A stretch of DNA of 64,000 nt. It comes from an uncultured Candidatus Saccharibacteria bacterium. Its GTDB lineage: Bacteria; Patescibacteriota; Minisyncoccia; Phycocordibacterales; DATDWN01. The position numbers and the translations under genes are program-made. Each line of letters starts with the position of its first letter. The first letter of the stretch is position 1. The stretch lies in the NCBI GenBank assembly GCA_964603545.1, contig CAZRVD010000002.1, forward strand, positions 46,854-110,853, written 5' to 3'. Shown here piece by piece: positions 17,011-25,602 of the stretch. The notes under the pieces are model-generated. The model saw only the letters and a program-made list of their open reading frames with translations. It had not been told where the DNA came from and did no database searches.

Positions 17011-17247
17011 CTAGTCTTCTTCGTGCTTGTGATGTTGTCCACCGTGTGTTCTACCAACCGTTCTGTGTTCACCATTTCCCTCTGGTGTCCAGTGACTTCG
17101 ACACTGACCACTCATATTAGAATCCGAAAGCTTTCTCCCGCAAATAGTACAATGGGTTAGCCGAGGAGCTCCTTCTGGAGGCCTGGGCATTTCGGTTTCT
17201 CTTGGTTTACGCATGAACCCATCCTCCAGAATTACTCTATAAAACAT
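17011..17247 (-). CDS. Possible small Cys-containing (zinc-ribbon-like) protein
   Basis: 78-aa ORF with HCTICGRK...GQCRSH. Its GC is somewhat elevated. A hairpin GGGGATGGC-TTGT-GGCCATCCCC (16990-17012) follows its stop. Low confidence. Confidence 0.3.
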   Translation of the reverse strand: MFYRVILEDGFMRKPRETEMPRPPEGAPRLTHCTICGRKLSDSNMSGQCRSHWTPEGNGEHRTVGRTHGGQHHKHEED

Positions 17248-17311
17248 AGATAATTAAGTCAATCTAAGAAGGTAGATTTACAAAAAGGCACTTTCTGGTA
17301 TACTCTAGCTC

Positions 17312-17884
17312 ATGTTAATACCAACCGTTATAGAAAAATCTCAATTCGGTGAGAGAGCTTATGACATCTTTAGCCGACTTTTGCGTGATAATATTATTTT
17401 CCTGGATGGTCCTATCGACGACCATGTAGCTAATCTTATTATTGCCCAAATGCTGTTTCTACAGTCTGAAGACCCAAAAAAGGACATTTCTTTCTATGTA
17501 AACTCTCCTGGAGGATCAGTCACAGCAGGACTGGCAATTGTTGACACCATGAATCATATTAAAAACGACGTCTCTACTGTTTGTGTTGGAATGGCAGCAT
17601 CAATGGGGGCAATAATTTTATCTGCTGGTAAAAAAGGTAAGAGATTTGCCCTGCCAAATGCAGAGATAATGATCCATCAACCATGGCAGGGAGGAATTGA
17701 GGGCCAAGCGTCTGACATCGAAATATCTGCTAAAAGAATAATAAAAAATAAGGAGGAGCTTAGTAAAATGCTAGCTAAAAATACTGGCCAGAGCTTAGCT
17801 AAAATTGAAAAAGACTCTGATAGAGATTTTTTCATGTCAGCAGAAGAGGCTAAAAAGTATGGTCTCGTAGACAAAGTTCTGTAA
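17312..17884 (+). CDS. clpP: ATP-dependent Clp protease proteolytic subunit
   Basis: 190 aa with the catalytic region [11 protein letters not shown] and HQP. Confidence 0.95.
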   Translation: MLIPTVIEKSQFGERAYDIFSRLLRDNIIFLDGPIDDHVANLIIAQMLFLQSEDPKKDISFYVNSPGGSVTAGLAIVDTMNHIKNDVSTVCVGMAASMGAIILSAGKKGKRFALPNAEIMIHQPWQGGIEGQASDIEISAKRIIKNKEELSKMLAKNTGQSLAKIEKDSDRDFFMSAEEAKKYGLVDKVL

Positions 17885-18101
17885 CGACTCTCGAATTTTG
17901 ACTTATTCCCCCCTTTCTTATATAGTACGGGTATTATTTATATTAATTGTAAGTAACCAATTGTTCTTGTTTTTCTTGATTTTTACCGATTATTTCCGAA
18001 TTACCGAAAGAAAATTCAAATTAAATCATAAAATTCTTAAAAGAAAGTATTAACTTTTCAGGCAAGTCTAGAGAAAAAGAGGAAGGGGTTTCGATAAAAA
18101 A

Positions 18102-19631
18102 ATGTCATTAAAAATTGTAGCTCTACTTTTGAGCACAGCATCACTAACATCGTTAGTGATCGGTTATTATCTGCGTATTTTGGTTGCAAAAAGTAAGAAG
18201 GGTTCGATGGAGCTTGATATTCAGAAGATGATGCTTGTGGCTAAAGACAAAGAGCAAAAGATAATAGACGAAGCAAGTATTAAAGCTGAAGAAATATTAA
18301 ATACTGCGCGAGTTGAGATAAAACAAAAAGAGGAAGACAATAAAAAAACAGAGGAAAGATTGGTGAAAAAAGACGAACTACTCCTCCAACGTCAGTCTGA
18401 TATGGATAAAGAAGTAGAAGAAGTTAAAAAGAGAATTCAGGAAATTAAACAGATCAGAGAAAATGCTGAAAAAATAGAGCAAGAAAAGAAAGAAGAGTTA
18501 CAAAAAATTGCAGGGCTTTCGAAAGAGGAAGCGAAGAAAGAAATAATGAAAACAGTTGAGAGAGAATCTGAAGAAGATATTTTGGTTAGGATGAAGAAAT
18601 TGGAAATGGATGGTAGCGAAAAAATAGAAGAAAAAGCAAAAGGAATTTTAGCTAGCTCCATACAAAGACTTTCAAACTCAGTGACTTCAGATATGCTTAC
18701 AACAAACGTTGCGATACCAAGTGACGAAATAAAAGGGAAAATAATTGGAAAAGAGGGCCGAAATATAAAGGCTTTTGAGAGATGTACTGGAGTTGAGGTG
18801 ATTGTTGACGATACTCCGGGCTCTATTACCATCTCCTCTTTTGACCCAGTGAGACGCCAGATAGCTAAAACTGCCCTAGAGAAACTTATAGCAGATGGAA
18901 GAATACAACCTGCAAAAATCGAGGATATGGTGAAACTAGCAGAGGAGGAAATAAATAAAATAATAAAAGAGAAGGGTGAAGAAGCTGTATATGAAACAGG
19001 TGTACTTGGTCTTGATCCAAAAGTAATTTCTATTTTAGGAAGACTACACTTTAGAACAAGTTACGGACAAAATGTTTTGGCACACTCAATAGAAATGACT
19101 CATATAGCTGGAATGCTTGCCGAAGAAATTGGTGCGAACGTTGCTGTAGCAAAAGCTGGAGCGCTTGTCCACGACATTGGAAAAGCACTTGATCATGAAG
19201 TAGTTGGTACACACGTTGAGATAGGAAGAAGAATACTTCAAAAATTTGGCACGGACGAAAATATTATTAAAGCAATGCAGGCACACCATGAGGAATACCC
19301 TTATGAAACTGTAGAATCTATGATCGTGCAGTCAGCAGATGCAATATCTGGCGGAAGACCTGGGGCAAGACGAGACAGTATTGAAAACTATTTGAAGAGA
19401 TTAAAAGATTTGGAAGCTGTGGCAAATTCATTTAACGGCGTAGAAAAGTCTTACGCACTACAGGCAGGAAGAGAAATAAGAATATTTGTAACACCAACAG
19501 AAGTGACGGACCTAGAAGCCAAGAAAATGGCGAGAGATATAGCCCTAAGGATAGAATCGGAGTTAAAATACCCAGGAGAGATAAAGGTTTCAGTCATCCG
19601 GGAGTCCCGAACCATCGAGTTCGCCCGTTAA
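18102..19631 (+). CDS. rny: Ribonuclease Y
   Basis: 509 aa. N-terminal TM, coiled-coil, KH domain (GKIIGKEGRNIK) and HD domain (HSIEMTHIAGMLAEEIG...VHDIGKA). Confidence 0.9.
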   Translation: MSLKIVALLLSTASLTSLVIGYYLRILVAKSKKGSMELDIQKMMLVAKDKEQKIIDEASIKAEEILNTARVEIKQKEEDNKKTEERLVKKDELLLQRQSDMDKEVEEVKKRIQEIKQIRENAEKIEQEKKEELQKIAGLSKEEAKKEIMKTVERESEEDILVRMKKLEMDGSEKIEEKAKGILASSIQRLSNSVTSDMLTTNVAIPSDEIKGKIIGKEGRNIKAFERCTGVEVIVDDTPGSITISSFDPVRRQIAKTALEKLIADGRIQPAKIEDMVKLAEEEINKIIKEKGEEAVYETGVLGLDPKVISILGRLHFRTSYGQNVLAHSIEMTHIAGMLAEEIGANVAVAKAGALVHDIGKALDHEVVGTHVEIGRRILQKFGTDENIIKAMQAHHEEYPYETVESMIVQSADAISGGRPGARRDSIENYLKRLKDLEAVANSFNGVEKSYALQAGREIRIFVTPTEVTDLEAKKMARDIALRIESELKYPGEIKVSVIRESRTIEFAR

Positions 19632-19760
19632 AGATACGAATGGACAAGTAATTCTCAAACTTACGAATCTATACGAATGAAATACTAAAACAGGTTGATT
19701 TATTCGTAGCCATTCGTAATAATCGTCCAATCTTTATTCGTATCTGTCAATCTATTGCGT
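19625..19760. repeat. Imperfect ~110-bp palindrome built from 3x TACGAAT then 3x ATTCGTA units, between rny and hup
   Basis: Left arm GATACGAATGG...TTACGAATC-TA-TACGAATGA. The reverse complement of the right arm, GATACGAAT...TTACGAATGGCTACGAATAA, aligns with the left arm. Confidence 0.7.
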
Positions 19761-19831
19761 CAGAAAAGCCTTACTGTATACTAATTACATAGTAGATAGT
19801 AGGTTTATTAGTGGCTTAATCATTTTAAATT

Positions 19832-20104
19832 ATGAATAAAGCAGGCATTGTAGACGCAGTACATGAAAAATTAGGTGGTACAAAGGTCCAAGCTGAGGAA
19901 GTTGTAGATTTGGTAATAGATTCAATAGTTAATACTCTTAAGAAGGGTGGAGAAGTTTCTGTGGCAGGTCTAGGAATCTTCTCAACTAAGACAAGAGCAG
20001 CTAGACAAGCTAGAAACCCAAGAACAGGGGCTTCAATTTCAGTTCCTGCAATGAGGGTTCCAAAATTCCGTGCAGCTAAGGCACTTAAGGAAGCGGTCAA
20101 ATAG
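19832..20104 (+). CDS. hup: DNA-binding protein HU
   Basis: 90 aa with the HU arm region ARQARNPRTGASISVPA. Confidence 0.95.
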   Translation: MNKAGIVDAVHEKLGGTKVQAEEVVDLVIDSIVNTLKKGGEVSVAGLGIFSTKTRAARQARNPRTGASISVPAMRVPKFRAAKALKEAVK

Positions 20105-20142
20105 TCACATTCGCAATCATTCTTTTGCAAAAGAAATCAAAA

Positions 20143-20168
20143 AGCACCCAATCGGGTGCTTTTTGATT
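20143..20168 (+). terminator. Rho-independent terminator after hup
   Basis: AGCACCC-AATC-GGGTGCT followed by TTTTGATTT. Confidence 0.75.
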
Positions 20169-20189
20169 TGAGTAATTTTATACACAAAC

Positions 20190-20575
20190 GAAAACCGCCA
20201 CCGTTCCCCTGCGTCACAGACGACTTACAGGGAAACGGGGCGGTGGGGTGCGGGCTGGCCAAACTAGAGGTCCGGTCGAAAACTTTATCGAGGTTCACTC
20301 GCCTACTAAAGCCCGTAGAAGATATGCGGGGGCATGCTCAGCGTGCCTACTCGATCAAGGGTTCGTGTGTAGACTTAGAGGTCAACCGTTCCGTATTAAA
20401 TCCTACTCCTGTGAATAAAATTGTAAAGTGGATAAGTGTGTGGGATACGTGGGCTGGGAAACCGGGGGTTTTCCAGTCTATCTGGTTCGATCCCGGGTTC
20501 ATCGGCCACGGATATTTTACTCGTCGAAACAGAAGAAGTTCCGAATCACCTCTTGGTCAGGAATAGTTTTTTGCT
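20190..20575 (+). ncRNA. GC-rich, hairpin-dense noncoding segment with a tRNA-like 3' element (T-arm + acceptor + encoded CCA); family unassigned (tmRNA-like?)
   Basis: A ~16-bp imperfect hairpin CCGCCACCGTTCCCCTG...CAGGGAAACGGGGCGGTGG lies at 20198-20250. Hairpin CTGGGAAA-CCGGGGG-TTTTCCAG. At 20481-20508 sits TCTGG-TTCGATC-CCGGG-TTCATCG-G-CCA (T-stem, T-loop, acceptor 3' strand, discriminator, CCA). It ends in a U-run at 20567-20573. The overlapping ORFs look random. Confidence 0.35.
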
Positions 20576-20630
20576 AAAAACTTTCCCGACCCGACCTCGT
20601 GCCGTCGCACTCCGGTTCACACACGTACGA

Positions 20631-20657
20631 AAAAACCTCCATTCAGGAGGTTATTTT
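20631..20657. terminator. Bidirectional intrinsic terminator (CCTCC-ATTCA-GGAGG flanked by A-run/T-run)
   Basis: AAAAAACCTCCATTCAGGAGGTTATTTT. On the minus strand it follows tRNA-Gly(UCC). Confidence 0.7.
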
Positions 20658-20666
20658 CGTCGTGTG

Positions 20667-20737
20667 TGCGGGATAGCGGAATCGAACCGCTCTCCACAGT
20701 TTGGAAAACTGTTGTTTTACCGATAAACTAATCCCGC
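20667..20737 (-). tRNA. tRNA-Gly (anticodon UCC)
   Basis: Minus strand reads GCGGGAT-TA-GTTT-ATCGGTA-AAAC-A-ACAGT-TTTCCAA-ACTGT-GGAG-AGCGG-TTCGATT-CCGCT-ATCCCGC-A. All four stems pair. CCA is not encoded. Confidence 0.9.
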
Positions 20738-20805
20738 GATACTTAACAAAACCATGTTATCAGAAAAATTACTCCTCGGCAATTTTTAAATGTTATAATT
20801 CCACT

Positions 20806-21906
20806 ATGTTTTTAAAGGCTATTGCCAGTATTTTAATATCACCAATATTTCTTTTAAGTGAGCTTTTTAATCTGTCTACACCAGAAGTCTATATCGCTCC
20901 AAAAGAACCAGCTGTCATAGTTAAGGAAGAACCAAAGACATCATCTAGCACAGTGGCAAAAATTGTTACAAAAACTGCTACGACAACAAAAAAACAAACA
21001 AAACCAGCAACAAAAAATATTCAAAAACCTGTTGCTGTAGTCCCTCCTATACCACTTCCACCACCAGATTTTGAAACTATAAACACAAATGCAAGAAAAA
21101 CCTTGGTAAACATTTTCTGTACTACAAAGAATAATGATCTCTCCCCCATCTCGGGTACGGGAGTAATAATAAGTAATGATGGACTGATTTTAACCAACGC
21201 CCACATTGGTCAATATTTTTTACTAAAAGATTTTAAAGAAAAAGATTATTTAAAATGTATTGGTAGAGTCGGAAGTCCAGCCTACCCGAAATATAATTTA
21301 GAGTTAGTTTATATTTCTCCAAACTGGGTCAAGGCCAACAAAACACTTTTAAAAGAACAGAACCCCAAGGGCACAGGTGAAGATGACTTTGCATTTCTCA
21401 GAGTTACAGACATGGTAGACGGTTCACAGTTACCTATATTTACATTCATTGAACCAAATATAAATGAAGCTATAAACGTTGGTGAACCAGTCCTACTCGC
21501 CTCTTATCCAGCTGGTTTCCTGGGAGGTCTCTCTATCATCAAGGATTTAAATGTAACAAGTGCCATAACAAACATTCAGGACGTTTTTACTTTTAAAGAT
21601 GGAGAGATAGATGTCATATCTATTGGAGGCACAGTAGTTTCTCAAAAAGGTTCTTCTGGTGGACCTGTTGTCGACAGAAATACATCTCTTATTGGAATTA
21701 TCACTACAAGCTCTGATGGCACCACCACAAGTAGCAGAGGATTAAACGCTATAACACTTGCGTACATAAACAGGACACTTCAAAGTGAACTTGGTATAAA
21801 ACTTCGAGAATTTTTATCTCTTGACCACAGCCAATTTGCAAAAACATTCGCAAACACTACCGGGACAACACTAACCAAACTTATTACCGACGAACTATTG
21901 AGATAA
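20806..21906 (+). CDS. Secreted trypsin-like serine protease (S1 family)
   Basis: His motif ILTNAHIG and Ser motif GSSGGPVV, plus an N-terminal signal/TM. The track ORF starts at 20701 and overlaps the tRNA. The ATG at 20806 is preceded by TGnTATAAT (20791-20799). Confidence 0.8.
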   Translation: MFLKAIASILISPIFLLSELFNLSTPEVYIAPKEPAVIVKEEPKTSSSTVAKIVTKTATTTKKQTKPATKNIQKPVAVVPPIPLPPPDFETINTNARKTLVNIFCTTKNNDLSPISGTGVIISNDGLILTNAHIGQYFLLKDFKEKDYLKCIGRVGSPAYPKYNLELVYISPNWVKANKTLLKEQNPKGTGEDDFAFLRVTDMVDGSQLPIFTFIEPNINEAINVGEPVLLASYPAGFLGGLSIIKDLNVTSAITNIQDVFTFKDGEIDVISIGGTVVSQKGSSGGPVVDRNTSLIGIITTSSDGTTTSSRGLNAITLAYINRTLQSELGIKLREFLSLDHSQFAKTFANTTGTTLTKLITDELLR

Positions 21907-21944
21907 TAGAAAAATTAGAGGTTCCGAGATACAATTAGAATGTA

Positions 21945-24881
21945 ATGACTTCTGCTAATAAAATGATAAAAAAGGTTAGTAAAAAAAGTGTTTTAAAAAT
22001 ATTTTTGTTTTTTTTCGTTTTTATTTCTCTATTACTTGTTAAACCGGATGTAGTTTCTGCTGCGGTTGAAATCTACCCTGGACCGGGTGGTAATGCTTAC
22101 AAGTCAGACCTATATAATGTTGAAGTTTGGGATGGTTCTGCTTGGATTCCAGCTTATGTATATAAGCGAAGTAGAATAAGTACTATGCACTGGCATGTTG
22201 GAACAGTTACTAGTGTGAACTTTCTTACATTTGGTACAACTGGGCCAGTAAATGTAAGAATTAGCAAAGTAAGTGGTCCTATAACTTCAATAGCTGTTAG
22301 TCCAAAGAGTAAAAATATTCAAAACTCAATTAGTGGCGGGCTAGCAACTCTCACTCTAAATATAAACGATAAAACATGGATTACAATTGATGGGGATGAT
22401 GCTAATCCACTGTTTATTTTTGCTGATGCATTCAAACCAGCAGTTCCAGCACCTGGTGCGGGAGTAAAATATTTTGGACCCGGAGTTCAAGATATTTCAC
22501 CTGGAACAGGTAACCACTACTATCCCTCTGATAATGAAATCATTTACCTTGATGGAGGAGCTTGGGTTAGAGGAAACATAATCTTAACTGGCAAGAGTAA
22601 CGTCAAAATAATGGGTCCTGGAATATTATCTGGGGATCTTTGGGATTCGCAAACTATCCAAAACCTTGGATGGAATGGGATGCAAGATTATTTCATGATA
22701 TACGGGGGATCATATGGAACTTTAAATAGTAGCACCGTGAGTGGAATAACCTTGGTGGATTCTCCTGTTTTCAATATTTATAGTATGTCTAGCGCATATA
22801 GTGTGAAAATATTATCTCCATGGTATGCACAAACTGATGGATTCAGTGTGGTTGACGTAGATCAAGTTTTTATTTTCAACGGTGATACCACATTTAATCC
22901 ATATTTAAACTTTTGGTCACCAATAACAAATGGCTATACTGTTAATCTTCGAATAACAAATTCATTTGGAGGTACAGCAAATAATGCTGTTTTTCTAGGT
23001 GGTTTTTATGGAAATCCCCCAGGTGCAAATTTCACATCGCTTGTAGATAATGTTGATATTAAAACTTTTAATGACAACAGCTTTGTCCAATGGGGAGCAC
23101 CACATGAGCCAGCAGTATTTCAAATTTGGGTGGATAATGACAATAGTGGCTATGGTTATAGAAATCAAACATATCAAAACATTCGCATAGAAGGGAATGT
23201 TAATGCTCCTTTAATGCAGTTACAAAATAGAGTCTACCCATCTTATGCTTGGGGAGGTATATCCTATGATCCTCCACTGGGTAATACCGAGAATATTGTA
23301 TTTAAAAACATTACTTTGGAAGGAACACAATCAGATGTCAGTGGACAAAAAAGTGAAATTAAAGGTTGGGATGCTAATAATGGTTTTCGTAACATCATTT
23401 TGGAAAACTTCAGTATGGGTGGAACAGTTCTAAATCAATCTAATATAAGTAACTATATTGATGTAAATAGTTATGTTTGGGGGCTTGGTTTTTCACCGGC
23501 TCCAACAATAGATTCACTATCAGCAAATCCGACTACTATTGTTCAAGGGTCATCATCCACTCTTTCTTGGTCAACAACAAACGCATCTTCGTGTACAGGA
23601 AGCGGATCTTGGACTGGATCTAAGGGAATTTCTGGTAGCCAAACTGTTTTTCCAACAACAAATTCTACATACACATTAACCTGTACTAATTCTGGAGGAG
23701 GAACAGTAAGTAAATCAGTGAGTGTTAGCGTTGCACAAACGAGCCCAATTGGACTCTGGACTCTTGACCAAACTTCAGGCACTACTGCCTCAGACACATC
23801 TGGAAGTGGGTATAATGGCACCTTAATAAACTACACGGGTACTAGTTGGACTACAGGAAAGGTCTCTAATGGTTTGAATTTTGATGGAGTTGATGACCAA
23901 GTTAAAATTAGTGGAGCAACAACTCTGAATAAACTTACTGGTATGACACTATCAGCTTGGGTTAATCCTAGAAGCTCTGGTGGTAATGGTAGTGGTGCTG
24001 GAACAATTTTTACTAAAAGTGGTATCGTGGGTTCTTCTGCAAGATTCCGTATTTTAATGGGAAGTGATGGTTCTAGTATTCAACTTACAGCAAATTACAC
24101 TATTACTTCTGCTGGATGGAAAACACCCACAGGAAGTCTGCCTCTAAATTCTTGGCATCATGTTGTAGTTACTTACACACATGACAATGTAAATAGCATT
24201 CCTAAAATTTACATAGATGGTGTACTTCAGACACTGACCACACTGGGGACTGCATCAGGCGTTGGATTAAATGACGACGACATTCTATACATTGGTAGTA
24301 GAGGTACAAGTGCAACTGGAGTCTTTGATGGAGTTATTGATCAAGCGAGAATATACAACAGAGAATTAAGTTCTGGAGAAGTTACGACTTTGTACAATTC
24401 AGAGAGCTCTCCTCCTCCCATCGACTTCTCCCTTTCCTCTTCCCCATCAACCGTCAAAGTAATGCAAGCAAAGTCAGTTACTAACACTGTTACAGCTACA
24501 CTTGTAAGTGGAACATCTGGAGCGGTGTCATTTAGTGCTAGTGGATTGCCTACTGATGCTACTGCATCATTTTCTCCTACATCCTGTAGTCCAACCTGTA
24601 CTACAACCCTCACCATTGATTCTCTTTCTTCTACCCCAGTGGGTAATTCTACAATTACTGTTACTGGAACAGCTGGAACAGTCACTCGAACAAGTACTTT
24701 TACATTAGATATGAACTACAGGGGTGATATTAACAACGATGGGACTGTAAACTCCATAGACTGGTCCTTAATGAATTTCAAGTGGAACACAAGTGATGTT
24801 TCGACTGACTTAAATAGTGATGGTAATGTAAACTCTGTAGACTTCTCCCTACTTAACGCTAATTGGTTTAAAAGTGGGTAA
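21945..24881 (+). CDS. Large secreted multidomain protein: beta-helix-like region + Ig-like + ConA/LamG-like lectin domain + C-terminal type I dockerin
   Basis: 978 aa with signal/TM. LamG-like LNFDGVDDQVKISG...LSAWVNPRS. C-terminal duplicated Ca-loop repeats DINNDGTVNSIDWSLMN and DLNSDGNVNSVDFSLLN. Confidence 0.75.
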   Translation: MTSANKMIKKVSKKSVLKIFLFFFVFISLLLVKPDVVSAAVEIYPGPGGNAYKSDLYNVEVWDGSAWIPAYVYKRSRISTMHWHVGTVTSVNFLTFGTTGPVNVRISKVSGPITSIAVSPKSKNIQNSISGGLATLTLNINDKTWITIDGDDANPLFIFADAFKPAVPAPGAGVKYFGPGVQDISPGTGNHYYPSDNEIIYLDGGAWVRGNIILTGKSNVKIMGPGILSGDLWDSQTIQNLGWNGMQDYFMIYGGSYGTLNSSTVSGITLVDSPVFNIYSMSSAYSVKILSPWYAQTDGFSVVDVDQVFIFNGDTTFNPYLNFWSPITNGYTVNLRITNSFGGTANNAVFLGGFYGNPPGANFTSLVDNVDIKTFNDNSFVQWGAPHEPAVFQIWVDNDNSGYGYRNQTYQNIRIEGNVNAPLMQLQNRVYPSYAWGGISYDPPLGNTENIVFKNITLEGTQSDVSGQKSEIKGWDANNGFRNIILENFSMGGTVLNQSNISNYIDVNSYVWGLGFSPAPTIDSLSANPTTIVQGSSSTLSWSTTNASSCTGSGSWTGSKGISGSQTVFPTTNSTYTLTCTNSGGGTVSKSVSVSVAQTSPIGLWTLDQTSGTTASDTSGSGYNGTLINYTGTSWTTGKVSNGLNFDGVDDQVKISGATTLNKLTGMTLSAWVNPRSSGGNGSGAGTIFTKSGIVGSSARFRILMGSDGSSIQLTANYTITSAGWKTPTGSLPLNSWHHVVVTYTHDNVNSIPKIYIDGVLQTLTTLGTASGVGLNDDDILYIGSRGTSATGVFDGVIDQARIYNRELSSGEVTTLYNSESSPPPIDFSLSSSPSTVKVMQAKSVTNTVTATLVSGTSGAVSFSASGLPTDATASFSPTSCSPTCTTTLTIDSLSSTPVGNSTITVTGTAGTVTRTSTFTLDMNYRGDINNDGTVNSIDWSLMNFKWNTSDVSTDLNSDGNVNSVDFSLLNANWFKSG

Positions 24882-24948
24882 ATGGTGAGACAGATGATTG
24901 TTACTATGTTATTATTTATTCAATAATAATTAATTTTTTATTAAAAAC

Positions 24949-25599
24949 ATGGATTACATACATAATAAAATCTCTGAAAACGTTAATTGGTATCGAAAGT
25001 GGCATGACATGGATGGCCCAGATTTAATCCACTGGCTCTTGTTCATTTTAGTTGCAGTACTTGCTTGGTCTTCTATAAATGGACAGGTCTATTTGTGGTT
25101 AAATGAAATTAGTGAACAGGAAATTGTAGTTAAGCTACCAAATAGTAATGCCACTCTTTCCCTAGACCCACAAACAAGCACAGTAAGAGTTGGTGATGTG
25201 TTTACTGTTAACGTTATTTTAAATACAAATGAAGGGTCTGTAGATGGTGTAGATATATATGGTCTACATTATGACCCAAGCATACTGGAGGTTATAGACG
25301 ACATATCAAAACAAAAAGGTGTGCAAATAGAACCTGGCAAAATCTTGCCAAACAACGCCGTAAACAGCGTAAACCCATCCACTGGTACAATAAAATTAGG
25401 TCAACTTTCATACGGTGGTGAAAAATTCACAGGCAGAGGCACACTAGCCACAATTCATTTCAAGGCCGTCGGTGTCGGAAGCTCATTTTTGAAATTTGAT
25501 TTTGAAAAAGGAAGCACAATAGACACAAACGCTGCGTACAAAGGTAGAGACAAATTAGCAAAGGTTGTGGATGCAATTTATACAGTTACAGAAAAATAA
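24949..25599 (+). CDS. Membrane-anchored cohesin-domain protein
   Basis: 216 aa. TM LIHWLLFILVAVLAW, then a cohesin-like beta-sandwich signature VGDVFTVNVILNT...VDGVDIYGLHYDPSILEV...GTLATIHFKAVGVGSS. Confidence 0.65.
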   Translation: MDYIHNKISENVNWYRKWHDMDGPDLIHWLLFILVAVLAWSSINGQVYLWLNEISEQEIVVKLPNSNATLSLDPQTSTVRVGDVFTVNVILNTNEGSVDGVDIYGLHYDPSILEVIDDISKQKGVQIEPGKILPNNAVNSVNPSTGTIKLGQLSYGGEKFTGRGTLATIHFKAVGVGSSFLKFDFEKGSTIDTNAAYKGRDKLAKVVDAIYTVTEK

Positions 25600-25602
25600 C
25601 AT

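Noticed and set aside
763-19289. Numerous short antisense or nested ORFs from the track (e.g. 763-972, 1099-1557 set, 6804-7004, 8970-9248, 12050-13050 set, 18437-18832)
   Set aside because: They lie inside or antisense to well-supported genes (HIT, the GC-rich gene, pilins, pilC, nusA, rny), and their translations are low-complexity.
20190-20575. Confident call of tmRNA (ssrA)
   Set aside because: A T-arm plus encoded CCA is present. However, no GGGG-start acceptor partner pairs cleanly, no GGxUUCGAC-like 5' motif is in the right place, and no tag ORF ends in the usual hydrophobic AA-stop. I keep it only as an unassigned tRNA-like RNA candidate.
20156-20726. ORF-track ORFs 20156-20566 (136 aa) and 20436-20726 (96 aa)
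   Set aside because: They start inside the hup terminator and overlap a hairpin-dense GC-rich segment and the tRNA-Gly gene. The translations have no recognisable features. I treat them as spurious ORFs over noncoding RNA or structured DNA.
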